Part shown: positions 1 to 8,318 of the stretch, in pieces
Layout of the letters: each line of letters begins with the position of its first letter
How positions within the stretch are numbered: position 1 is the first letter of the stretch
From: a virus
Taxonomy: Duplodnaviria > Heunggongvirae > Uroviricota > Caudoviricetes
DNA length: 64,000 bases
Reading direction: 5' to 3' (one strand)
Virus record (IMG/VR): IMGVR_UViG_3300033076_001232
Span: 142,435 to 206,434 of that record
Translations under genes and position numbers: made by a program
The notes under the pieces: generated by a model
What the model was told of the DNA's origin: nothing
Database searches by the model: none
Seen by the model: the letters and a program-made list of their open reading frames with translations, nothing else

Positions 1-1
1 T

Positions 2-1111
2 AGATGGGATGATCTTCTGGTTTTATTTGGAACTCCATTGCAGGAGGATGCTTTCGGTTTAATTAAAACCGCACTAGAATCAGAAAATGGATTATGTGCA
101 AAGTGGATGCCTAGAAAAGGTCCAATTGCGAACGAGTTAAGAAAGTTTATGAACATGACTCCGAAGGAGTATAGAAAATTGCTTGTTTCTCTAACTAATG
201 TGGTTGAGCAAAACATGTGTTTAAATAAATGGGAAGACATTAATTATTCAAATGTTCCATCGGTCGCTGCTGCAAGATACCAAAATGCTTTCTATAGAAA
301 GGATCAGAAAAGATACGCTGAGTACATTCGTCTTTTAAGCATGCCTAGTGAAGAAAGACCAAATGAAATAAAAATCAATGCTCAAGCGGTTTATCCCTAT
401 GATGTTATTAAATCTCTAAACAGAGGTAATAAGGACGTTGCAACCGAACAATGGAAGGCTCTTCCTAATTATATGGAGGGAAATACTGAAATGATTCTAC
501 CTGTAGTTGATGTTTCAGGTTCTATGATGTCCTCAGTATCTGGTGGATCTTCCTTAACTTGTATGGACGTATCAGTGTCTTTAGGACTTTATATCTCGGA
601 AAGAAATAACGGGCCTTTCCAGGATCACTTTATAACATTTAGTGAGAGCCCTAGTCTACAGAAATTATCGGGTAATCTTTATGATAGATATTGTCAATTA
701 TCCGAATCCGATTGGGGAATGTCAACTAATCTAGAATCTGTATTCAATTTGATTCTAAAGCAAGCTACTAAACACAACATCTCTGAATCTGAAATGCCAT
801 CTAAAATATTGATTCTTTCCGATATGGAGTTCGATGAATGTATAATGGACGGTGAAAGTACATCTGCGATGGAGATGATCAGAAAGAAGTACTCTGATGC
901 TGGATATAAGCTTCCTTCGATTATATTCTGGAATATCCAGAGCAGAAGAGGTGGAAATAATATACCTGTTAGATTTGATGAGATGGGAACTGCTTTAGTT
1001 TCTGGATTTTCTCCTTCGATACTTAAATCAATATTAGCTGGTTCTGAAATAAGCCCGATGGAGATAATGAACCAGACGATAAATTCGGAAAGGTATCAAA
1101 AAGTATCATAA
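2..1111 (+). CDS. vWA-domain protein, 5'-truncated at window edge (MIDAS-like VVDVSGSM; possibly Ro60/TROVE-like or DUF2828-like)
   Basis: Reading frame open from nt 2 to stop at 1109-1111; no in-window start (track begins at TTG 38); DxSGS MIDAS-type motif. Confidence 0.6.
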   Translation, partial: RWDDLLVLFGTPLQEDAFGLIKTALESENGLCAKWMPRKGPIANELRKFMNMTPKEYRKLLVSLTNVVEQNMCLNKWEDINYSNVPSVAAARYQNAFYRKDQKRYAEYIRLLSMPSEERPNEIKINAQAVYPYDVIKSLNRGNKDVATEQWKALPNYMEGNTEMILPVVDVSGSMMSSVSGGSSLTCMDVSVSLGLYISERNNGPFQDHFITFSESPSLQKLSGNLYDRYCQLSESDWGMSTNLESVFNLILKQATKHNISESEMPSKILILSDMEFDECIMDGESTSAMEMIRKKYSDAGYKLPSIIFWNIQSRRGGNNIPVRFDEMGTALVSGFSPSILKSILAGSEISPMEIMNQTINSERYQKVS

Positions 1112-1153
1112 ATAATGAAACTTCTTCTGAATAGAAATATATAAATTAAAAAT

Positions 1154-1310
1154 AAGGAATCTTTTCAGCAAAAACAACTTACATTTAACTACGCAATAAG
1201 GATAGGACTCTTCGGAGCCTCCTATCAAAAAAAAGAGATTCCGCTATTATTAAAGGATTGTTACAGCAAATACAACTACAATTGAGATAACAGAAAAAAC
1301 AATCCTGATA
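1154..1310 (+). ncRNA. Candidate structured non-coding RNA / structured 3'UTR (two hairpins incl. UUCG-capped stem) upstream of terminator
   Basis: No ORF; ggaatcttt...aaagagattcc outer stem enclosing gataggac-ttcg-gcctcctatc hairpin; second 9-bp stem aggattgtt/aacaatcct. Confidence 0.2.
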
Positions 1311-1317
1311 CTATTAA

Positions 1318-1348
1318 AGTCCGAGTGAAAGCTCGGACTTTTTTTTTC
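1318..1348 (+). terminator. Rho-independent terminator
   Basis: 8-bp stem agtccgag/ctcggact, loop tgaaag, followed by T9 run. Confidence 0.8.
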
Positions 1349-1399
1349 TTCCGGGATTATTTTTTATCTTTGTTTCATAAACCAATAAAAATCGAGATT

Positions 1400-1747
1400 A
1401 TGTTAACAAATGGAAAATTAGCAAACGAAGGATCGAATCTGGATAAACTCATTTCTAGATTTAGAAAACCAATTCTCCTAGCGGGACGTATCTTACTTGT
1501 TATTATAGCTCTTTCCTCAGGATATGCTATATCGGAGATTCAACATCGATACAAGGAATCCCTGGTAGAGGAGGAATCCCCTATGGTAACTAGACCAGCT
1601 GCTGAAATCTCAGTGGCCATCAACGAAAGAAACGAGTTGATGCTCATAGATCGTAGAAATGGAAAATATGAGATTTACCAAGATTCTACTGGAATGCAGA
1701 TCTTTAATCTTTACGCAAATAAGCTCTATAAGGACAATAATCAATAA
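1400..1747 (+). CDS. Small membrane protein (hypothetical)
   Basis: First ATG after terminator in ORF 1325-1747; one predicted TM helix (ILLAGRILLVIIALSSGYAI). Confidence 0.5.
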   Translation: MLTNGKLANEGSNLDKLISRFRKPILLAGRILLVIIALSSGYAISEIQHRYKESLVEEESPMVTRPAAEISVAINERNELMLIDRRNGKYEIYQDSTGMQIFNLYANKLYKDNNQ

Positions 1748-1750
1748 GCC

Positions 1751-2263
1751 ATGAAGAATACGATGTACATGATCATTATCGGAGTTTTAATGGCTCCTAT
1801 AGCTTTCCTTTTAATCAGTAGTTCAACTGCTAAGGAAGAAACCGTTATGCTTGCTTCTGGTAGTTCAGCTTCTATGAATTTGCCTCCATGTATCGAAATG
1901 CACAACTGCATAGAAAAGTACAGTAAAAAGTACGACATTCCAAAAAGATATGCCTATGGAGTGGCTTTCAAAGAAACCAGATATCAAGGTGCATTTCATT
2001 GGAACTATAACCCAAAACAGACCAGTTGTGTTGGAGCTGTAGGACCGATGCAAATAATGTATCCAACCGCACAGATGATGTGGAAAGACCGGGAATTTAC
2101 CAAGGTGGATCTTAAGGACAATATAGATTTTAATGTTGAGACCAGCATGAAATTACTTAGACATCTCTATGATAGGTATAAAGACTGGAAGATCGTATTT
2201 GGGTGTTATAACACTGGACGTCCGATGGTTAATCAATATGCAATCGACGTGTATAATTTTTAA
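1751..2263 (+). CDS. Lytic transglycosylase (SLT-domain) with N-terminal signal/TM anchor
   Basis: E-T/S catalytic motif (FKETRYQ) and GAVGPMQI (GLMQ-like) SLT signature; hydrophobic N-terminus. Confidence 0.65.
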   Translation: MKNTMYMIIIGVLMAPIAFLLISSSTAKEETVMLASGSSASMNLPPCIEMHNCIEKYSKKYDIPKRYAYGVAFKETRYQGAFHWNYNPKQTSCVGAVGPMQIMYPTAQMMWKDREFTKVDLKDNIDFNVETSMKLLRHLYDRYKDWKIVFGCYNTGRPMVNQYAIDVYNF

Positions 2264-2285
2264 TCCAATTCGGAATAATTTAAAA

Positions 2286-2316
2286 ATGCTCGGCTATAAA
2301 GGTCGAGCATTTTTTT
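2286..2316 (+). terminator. Rho-independent terminator
   Basis: 7-bp stem atgctcg/cgagcat with T-run 2311-2316. Confidence 0.6.
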
Positions 2317-2321
2317 ATGTA

Positions 2322-3242
2322 ATGAGAGCTGTTTATGTTGACTGGCACCTTCCCAGAAAAATGAAGGGTATAGTTTTACCGGTAAAGAAGCACTGGGAAG
2401 TTGCGATGATCATCAGAACAACATTCTTTTCCAGAGAGATAAATGGATTCTCGCCTGTTTTATATTGCGATCAGGAAACATATGATTATTATGAAAGTCT
2501 GGATCTCGTAAAGCACTTCGATGACGTATATCCTATCTTACCTAATGATGAGACAGAGGTAAATTTCGATCCTACTGTTTTCTGGGCAGCTGCTAAGTTT
2601 TTAGCAATACAGAAATGCAACGAGCCATTTATTATGATTGACCTCGATGCAGAAATAAGATTCAAGATTAATCCCGAAGAATATGATGCCTTTTTTGCCC
2701 ATTATGAGCTGGTACTAGATGATGACATTAATTACTATCCGCCACCTCAATACTTAGATCAATCCGATTATCTAGGAAAAAAGTACAATATCGATTGGAG
2801 TGATCTAGCTATGAATACGTCGATCATCTATTTTAAGGATCTCGATTTAGCAAAAGAGTTTGCAGATTCTGCCCTTGATTTTATGGAGAATGTCGATTCG
2901 ATTAATTTAAATTTCGATCCGGTTTCGTACATACTCTTGGTTGAACAGAGATTAGCTTATGAACTGTGTAAGATCAAAGAATCTAATATTGGAACTCTAA
3001 TCTCTGGAATCTACATACCAAGGGAAGCTAGGGATGGAATGGAACCAGAATTTGTCGATTCTGATGTTGATGAGATATCACAAAAGGGCTTTCTTCATAT
3101 TTGGGGATATAAAAAGGCACTAAATGCCAGTCCTGAATTGGAACAGCAGCTTTTAGGAGATCTTATCTCATCGAGAATAAATTTAAAAGATGATATCGTA
3201 GGTTCGATTTCTAAAAATTTCGAACTCTATATGAATAGATAA
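2322..3242 (+). CDS. Hypothetical protein (start set after terminator; in-frame upstream ATG at 2286 and track start 2169 are alternatives)
   Basis: Long ORF, coding-like composition; no recognisable domain. Confidence 0.5.
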   Translation: MRAVYVDWHLPRKMKGIVLPVKKHWEVAMIIRTTFFSREINGFSPVLYCDQETYDYYESLDLVKHFDDVYPILPNDETEVNFDPTVFWAAAKFLAIQKCNEPFIMIDLDAEIRFKINPEEYDAFFAHYELVLDDDINYYPPPQYLDQSDYLGKKYNIDWSDLAMNTSIIYFKDLDLAKEFADSALDFMENVDSINLNFDPVSYILLVEQRLAYELCKIKESNIGTLISGIYIPREARDGMEPEFVDSDVDEISQKGFLHIWGYKKALNASPELEQQLLGDLISSRINLKDDIVGSISKNFELYMNR

Positions 3243-3245
3243 TAG

Positions 3246-3422
3246 ATGAATGAGGGTAAAAGAATAGAAGGTGAATTCTATAACTATCTTAATGATTTTG
3301 CTAAGACTAACGGGATTAGGGTTACCGAGGTTATTAAGATGGATAAATTGGTAGAGGATCTTCGTAATCTTTATCTCTCTAAAAAAGGAAAGGAAAAAGA
3401 TCAGGAAAAAGATCCTGAGTAA
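3246..3422 (+). CDS. Small hypothetical protein (58 aa)
   Basis: Short ORF filling gap between 3242 and tmRNA; below ORF-track cutoff. Confidence 0.3.
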   Translation: MNEGKRIEGEFYNYLNDFAKTNGIRVTEVIKMDKLVEDLRNLYLSKKGKEKDQEKDPE

Positions 3423-3428
3423 TTATAT

Positions 3429-3917
3429 GGGCCCGCTTTGGATTTGACAGGCGGAGGTAGTTCTTTGAGATGCAGGCAGTCTTAGATTGGAAAGACTTTA
3501 ATTACCTATCAAACAATAAACGCAAACGTTTACAATTCTGAGGATATCATGAGTATCCCAACTTCACTTACTCGCTCTGTAGTAGCTGAAGAGGTTGAGC
3601 TAGCTGTTGCAGCCTAACCAATTGGCGGCAACTGCCAATTATAAAAGAAAGTTGCAAGCTGGCAAGAAAAAAGGTTCGTAGTATTGCCTATTTGACATTG
3701 AGTGGAACCTTGAGGATTAGTTCAATACCCATTAAGATCGTCACTATCAATGTCAGTGAAACTTGGTTAGTACCGGGGAGTAAACCAGACCGAGCATTAA
3801 GTCTGAAAGAAAAAAGAAACGCACCAAAAGTTTGTTGATGTCGAAAAATCAACTAAGCCTGTGAATGAGTCCAATGGACATTCGATCTGGACGAGGGTTC
3901 GACTCCCTCCGGGTCCA
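3429..3917 (+). ncRNA. ssrA: tmRNA (transfer-messenger RNA, SsrA)
   Basis: 5' acceptor gggcccg pairs with 3' cgggtcc giving G3:U70; 5' ggatttgacagg matches conserved GGAUUCGACGGG; T-arm gaggg-ttcgact-ccctc; internal tag ORF ending gct gtt gca gcc taa (..LAVAA*) with uagua-GCU resume context; helix after stop codon. Confidence 0.85.
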
Positions 3918-3968
3918 CTTTTTTGAAACATTTTAGATAAATACTAATATAAAAATTAAATTATTATT

Positions 3969-4340
3969 ATGACACTTACTATTACCGCTGTTTTATTAAT
4001 TGCATTAGTTCTAGGATTTTGGTACTTTTACTCAAAGGGAGCTAACAGCAATATGAAGGGATCGATCGATGTTGATCTGGATGTAAATTTGGATATCCCT
4101 TCAGAAGAAGGAGAAGCTGATGCTTCAACCACCGTATCTGTTGGATTCAATGGATCTGTTAACCAGGAGGAAGTAACTGAATCCCCAGAACCTGTTGTTG
4201 AAGAGGAACCAGTTGTAGAAGAAAAAGCACCAGAGGTTAAAAAAGCTAAGGCTGAGAAAAAGAATCAGCCAAAAAAACCAGGAGCTAAACGAGGCAGAAA
4301 ACCTAAAAAAGATAAAGGAAACGATCTACTACTAAGCTAA
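3969..4340 (+). CDS. Small membrane-anchored protein with acidic middle and lysine-rich AT-hook-like tail (KRGRKPKK)
   Basis: N-terminal TM helix; low-complexity E/V-rich and K-rich C-terminus. Confidence 0.5.
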   Translation: MTLTITAVLLIALVLGFWYFYSKGANSNMKGSIDVDLDVNLDIPSEEGEADASTTVSVGFNGSVNQEEVTESPEPVVEEEPVVEEKAPEVKKAKAEKKNQPKKPGAKRGRKPKKDKGNDLLLS

Positions 4341-4347
4341 TAAAAAA

Positions 4348-4369
4348 ATCCCTCTCAGAGGGATTTTTT
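4348..4369 (+). terminator. Rho-independent terminator
   Basis: stem atccctc/gagggat followed by T6. Confidence 0.65.
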
Positions 4370-4435
4370 ATGAGATAAATTTTTTAATCCCGCGACCAAA
4401 ATTTACATTTAGGTCAAATTACTAAAAATAACACT

Positions 4436-4927
4436 ATGCTTTTAAGAACAATTAAAAATTACGCCCTACTCCGAATTTACAAGACCTCTAGGTTTTTCAA
4501 GACTGGAAAATTCAAATCCGTAAAGAGAAGCAAAAAAGAAAGGACTCTTCAGAAGATAATCAAGGGGGTTTTAAATGATCCAAAAAGCCGAGTTTATTAC
4601 TCACCGGAAAGCTACCGAATATTCACTCACAACCAGGATAAGACATACATCATCTCGTTTGATGATCGTGAGATTAGAATCACGAATCACCGTTTCTTTT
4701 CCAGCTTCCAAGTAAATCCAGATTTTGCCCGCTCCATAATAAGAGAAGCATTTGCTCGGATAGAAAGAGATATGCAGGCATTAGAAAGCGAATCTGTTTG
4801 TAACGAGGATTTCTTCCTGAATGAGGTTTATGATAAATTTAGTTCCTCTGGAACTAATGAAGAGATGCCGACGAAGGAAACCGAGAAATACTTCGAGGAT
4901 ATTCTAAATGAGAGCACTCTGTCATAG
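4436..4927 (+). CDS. Hypothetical protein
   Basis: ORF with coding-like composition; abuts mgsA-like gene. Confidence 0.5.
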   Translation: MLLRTIKNYALLRIYKTSRFFKTGKFKSVKRSKKERTLQKIIKGVLNDPKSRVYYSPESYRIFTHNQDKTYIISFDDREIRITNHRFFSSFQVNPDFARSIIREAFARIERDMQALESESVCNEDFFLNEVYDKFSSSGTNEEMPTKETEKYFEDILNESTLS

Positions 4928-4929
4928 TT

Positions 4930-5295
4930 ATGAGAATAGCAGTAATTGCCCATGACAATAAAAAAGCTGACCTTGTAGCTTTTATTCTTAAAAGATTAGA
5001 TTTTTTTAAAGAGCATGAAATCGTAGCTACTGGAACTACAGGAAAACACATCGAGCATGCCGGCATAGAAGTGAACAAGAAGCTATCTGGTCCTAAGGGT
5101 GGAGATGCACAAATAGCAGCAGAGCTTGTAGATGGTAAAATAGATGGTGTTTTATTTTTCATAGATCCTCTAACATCGCATCCTCACGAGGTTGACGTTC
5201 AGATGCTTTTAAGATTATGTAATGTTTGGAACATTCCAATTGCTACAAATTATTCCACAGCAAAACTTTTAGTTGAAGCGATAACAAAAAAATAA
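4930..5295 (+). CDS. mgsA: Methylglyoxal synthase
   Basis: AHDNKK, ATGTTG, SGPKGGD, DPLTSHPHEVDV, LLRLCNVWNIPIATN align with MgsA catalytic/phosphate-binding motifs. Confidence 0.8.
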   Translation: MRIAVIAHDNKKADLVAFILKRLDFFKEHEIVATGTTGKHIEHAGIEVNKKLSGPKGGDAQIAAELVDGKIDGVLFFIDPLTSHPHEVDVQMLLRLCNVWNIPIATNYSTAKLLVEAITKK

Positions 5296-5302
5296 ATATT
5301 CG

Positions 5303-6055
5303 ATGATAGTATGTTTTATATCGGATACTCACTGTCAGCATTCAAGTAGAAAATTAGAATTTTATCTGGACAGAATTCTGGAGAAATATCCAGATTCTAC
5401 TATAGTCCACTGTGGCGATATTTCAAGTCGGGGTAGATTTACAGAAATAGAAGATTTTCTTTCGTGGTATTCAGACCTAGGGTTTAAAAATAAAATAATG
5501 ATCTCAGGTAATCACGATTTCTTCTTCGATTATGATCGTACACCAATAACTGATATGGGTAGATCTAGACACGGAAATCCGATGTATTCGAAGGAAGATG
5601 TTTACGATTTACTTTCAAAATATCCACAGATAATTTATTTGAATGATTCGGGTATCACCTTGGATGGAATAAACTTTTGGGGTAGCCCAGTAACCCCGTG
5701 GTTCCATGACTGGGCTTTTAATAGGACTGAGGAAACGATAATAGATCATTGGAAAATGATTCCTGATAATACGAACATCCTGATAACTCATGGTCCTCCA
5801 AGAGGTATATTAGATCTTACCTACAATGGATACACCAATGTAGGTTGTATAGAACTAGCTGGAAAAACTTTTGATTTAAAAGAACTTATGGTCCATGCTT
5901 TCGGACATATTCACGAGGCATTTGGTATTGAGACTGTCGATGAGGTAACCTATATAAATGCTTCGTTTCTGAATTTCAACTATCAGCCTTTAAATTCACC
6001 GATAATATTTGACACTGAGAGTAAAAAATCTTATATTTTTTCGATTCAGGATTGA
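5303..6055 (+). CDS. Calcineurin-like metallophosphoesterase
   Basis: GD (CGDISS), GNHD, THGPP, GHIHE metallophosphatase motifs in order. Confidence 0.7.
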   Translation: MIVCFISDTHCQHSSRKLEFYLDRILEKYPDSTIVHCGDISSRGRFTEIEDFLSWYSDLGFKNKIMISGNHDFFFDYDRTPITDMGRSRHGNPMYSKEDVYDLLSKYPQIIYLNDSGITLDGINFWGSPVTPWFHDWAFNRTEETIIDHWKMIPDNTNILITHGPPRGILDLTYNGYTNVGCIELAGKTFDLKELMVHAFGHIHEAFGIETVDEVTYINASFLNFNYQPLNSPIIFDTESKKSYIFSIQD

Positions 6056-6100
6056 AATTTTATCGGACATGTTTCATAGAAAGATAAAAGAAAATTATTA

Positions 6101-6877
6101 ATGAGAACATTCCAATACCCTTCCGATGCTATAAAATGGACTAAGGAAAGGTTATCAGATCACGGTTACGTTGTTAAAACAGAGAAATGGCAGGGCATAG
6201 AAGCTCCTGATGACATGTATGAAATAATGAACCATTCTTTTCAAATGGTTATACCGAAATCTATGGAAGAACTTGTTGATGAGGTAAAACCAAATTTACC
6301 TTGGGCTAATGAGCATTTCTTAGAAAGGGTTGGTGGACTTCCGCTCAATCCCCCGCCATCTCATGTTAACTGGCCATTCGCTCAGAAGAATAACGAGCAG
6401 TTTGGTGGCAATGATAGATTTTCCCACACATATCCGGAGAGAATTTGGCCTAAATACGCTTCCGAAGTTCCAAATTCTTCTATGGAAGGTATTAGATTTT
6501 CCTATGGTGATTTTGGTGATGTGCTGGATCTATTAGAGAAGGAGCCTTTTACGAGACAGGCATTCCTCCCGATCTGGTTTCCCGAAGATACCGGGGTAAC
6601 TCACGGAGAAAGAGTACCCTGCACCATTGGTTATCATTTTATGAGAAGAGGTAATTTTTTCCATATCTCCTACTTTATTAGATCTTGTGATTATATAAGA
6701 CACTTTAGAGATGACATATACCTAGCCATCAGAAAGCTAATGTGGATTCTGGATGAGCTTAAAAAAAGAGATCCGGAGAGATGGGGTGATGTTGTTCCGG
6801 GTTATTTTGCAATGCACATAGTTTCGCTTCATTGCTTTAACCGTGAGAAAGGACTTTTAAAACTAAGTAATAAGTAA
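6101..6877 (+). CDS. Divergent thymidylate-synthase-family protein (dCMP/dUMP hydroxymethylase-like)
   Basis: FTRQAFLPIW (cf. DSRRIIxxAWN), catalytic-Cys context VPCTIGYHF, RSCDYIRHFRDDIY (cf. ThyA RSCD / T4 gp42 RSNDVVFGFRNDY) with ThyA-like spacing. Confidence 0.55.
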   Translation: MRTFQYPSDAIKWTKERLSDHGYVVKTEKWQGIEAPDDMYEIMNHSFQMVIPKSMEELVDEVKPNLPWANEHFLERVGGLPLNPPPSHVNWPFAQKNNEQFGGNDRFSHTYPERIWPKYASEVPNSSMEGIRFSYGDFGDVLDLLEKEPFTRQAFLPIWFPEDTGVTHGERVPCTIGYHFMRRGNFFHISYFIRSCDYIRHFRDDIYLAIRKLMWILDELKKRDPERWGDVVPGYFAMHIVSLHCFNREKGLLKLSNK

Positions 6878-6878
6878 T

Positions 6879-7028
6879 ATGGAAAATGAGTTTGTAAAGG
6901 ACGTACTAGATTTAGCTAATCGATATCCAAATGATTCTGAATTGGGAAAAAATGTAAGAATGCTAATCCGAAAATATAAGGAACATTCAGATACTAACAA
7001 AAAAAAGGAGGGTAGTCTCCAGAAATAA
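6879..7028 (+). CDS. Small hypothetical protein (49 aa)
   Basis: ORF exactly filling gap between stops/starts of flanking genes. Confidence 0.3.
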   Translation: MENEFVKDVLDLANRYPNDSELGKNVRMLIRKYKEHSDTNKKKEGSLQK

Positions 7029-7030
7029 TT

Positions 7031-7309
7031 ATGGATCCAAAAGCTAGTTACTTCAAGGAGATCAGAAAACCAACTGACAGTATGATGGTTTTCTACGAGA
7101 AAATGTTTAAAAGAAACCAATCCAAATTTATCAGAAGATCCAGTCTCGAGGTTTCTCATTTGGGATCTGAATTCGATTATGATGATAAAAGGATGAAACT
7201 TTTGGGAGCAATAGATTCTACCCTAATGATATCGGAGGATCTAAATGACGGTAAATGTTATATAGTCCACGGCGACACCGTTACCAATTTAATATTAAAA
7301 AATAATTAA
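7031..7309 (+). CDS. Hypothetical protein
   Basis: ORF track; tight packing. Confidence 0.45.
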   Translation: MDPKASYFKEIRKPTDSMMVFYEKMFKRNQSKFIRRSSLEVSHLGSEFDYDDKRMKLLGAIDSTLMISEDLNDGKCYIVHGDTVTNLILKNN

Positions 7310-7314
7310 TTGCT

Positions 7315-7536
7315 TTGTTAGATTTCTACGTTAAGACATATAGCCCCGAAGTACACATACAAATATGTGAGCTAATATCTTTAACTCTGACCAAGATATT
7401 AGAGGACAAAATGGGTGAAGAATCTGACGATTTTTATGGGATTTTTCTTTTGCGTAGTAGCGACGAAGTTTACGAGCTTTTCTCTGAATTTAGAGAGATA
7501 ACCTTGGAAATGCCTAAGGGGAAAGTTATCAGATAA
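7315..7536 (+). CDS. Hypothetical small protein (TTG start; first in-frame ATG near 7411)
   Basis: ORF track; start uncertain. Confidence 0.3.
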   Translation: MLDFYVKTYSPEVHIQICELISLTLTKILEDKMGEESDDFYGIFLLRSSDEVYELFSEFREITLEMPKGKVIR

Positions 7537-7614
7537 CTCCTTTATCTGATTTCTCGTTGATATATAGTTTGTACTTATGTCTATTTGTAATTGGGCAATA
7601 AAACAAATTGATAT

Positions 7615-7998
7615 ATGGACGAGAATAACATAAACCAAACATTCTTGATGAAGCAAATACTGGATGAGCTAGCTAAGCTTAAATCCAATATGCCTAACGG
7701 TGAACTGAAACACCTCCAGGATAGCATAGAGGATTTAAGGAAGGACCAAAAAGTGCTCAAGGATGACATCTCAGATATCAAAAGAAAATTGCTAGACCCC
7801 GAAACTGGTGTTATAGTTAGGGTTAATGAAAATACAAAATTTAGATTACAGGAGGAAGACCGATATGAAGATTATCTGGAATTCAATGCTGATCTCCGAA
7901 GTCTAAAGAAATGGCAGGGAGGAATAAACAAAGCAATGTGGATAATTTTCACTGCCATTGCAGCCATCGCACTCAAAGTTATTTTTGGAGTGGGGTAG
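7615..7998 (+). CDS. Coiled-coil protein with C-terminal TM helix
   Basis: Heptad-like charged sequence then MWIIFTAIAAIALKVIFGV. Confidence 0.5.
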   Translation: MDENNINQTFLMKQILDELAKLKSNMPNGELKHLQDSIEDLRKDQKVLKDDISDIKRKLLDPETGVIVRVNENTKFRLQEEDRYEDYLEFNADLRSLKKWQGGINKAMWIIFTAIAAIALKVIFGVG

Positions 7999-8021
7999 GC
8001 CACCAAAAAAAATATTGGACC

Positions 8022-8318
8022 ATGGAATCGGGAAGTTTCAAAGAATTCATGGATATGCAGGACAACGAAGGTCCATTTCTGGGGGATTTAATTTACCCGA
8101 AGGTAAAGGAAGCTATCCTAGAAAATTTCGAAGAGGCAAATCTCTTCACTCTAATTCCCACTGACAATGAGGAATATCCAGATGGCATTGTTTTTAGCCT
8201 AGATCGAAATCAATTTTCTATATTTCTTGAGCACTACCTAAAAATGTGTGAAGAGAACGAGCTCTACGAGAGATGTTTAGAAATACTTGATCTCCAGGAA
8301 CTTATTACAGAATGCTAA
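8022..8318 (+). CDS. Small acidic protein, UVR-like C-terminal motif (paralog 1 of 3)
   Basis: Internal ATG after upstream gene; C-terminal ELYERCLEILDL motif. Confidence 0.45.
   Translation: MESGSFKEFMDMQDNEGPFLGDLIYPKVKEAILENFEEANLFTLIPTDNEEYPDGIVFSLDRNQFSIFLEHYLKMCEENELYERCLEILDLQELITEC

Noticed and set aside
1741-2053. Two minus-strand ORFs (65 and 62 aa) antisense to the SLT gene
   Set aside because: Nested antisense frames in a motif-supported gene.
3429-3968. tmRNA 3' end as a prophage/island attachment site (host flank hypothesis)
   Set aside because: The tmRNA is full length and phage-type genes of the same style continue on both sides (SLT/vWA upstream, mgsA/ThyA-family downstream). 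No integrase or direct repeat of the tmRNA 3' end is seen.
4854-5162. 102-aa minus-strand ORF overlapping mgsA
   Set aside because: Antisense to a well-supported MgsA coding frame; no start context.
6330-6536. 68-aa + strand ORF nested in the ThyA-family gene
   Set aside because: Alternative frame inside a longer, motif-supported ORF.
7958-8164. 68-aa + strand ORF overlapping 8022-8318
   Set aside because: Off-frame overlap with the gene carrying the conserved paralogous C-terminal motif.
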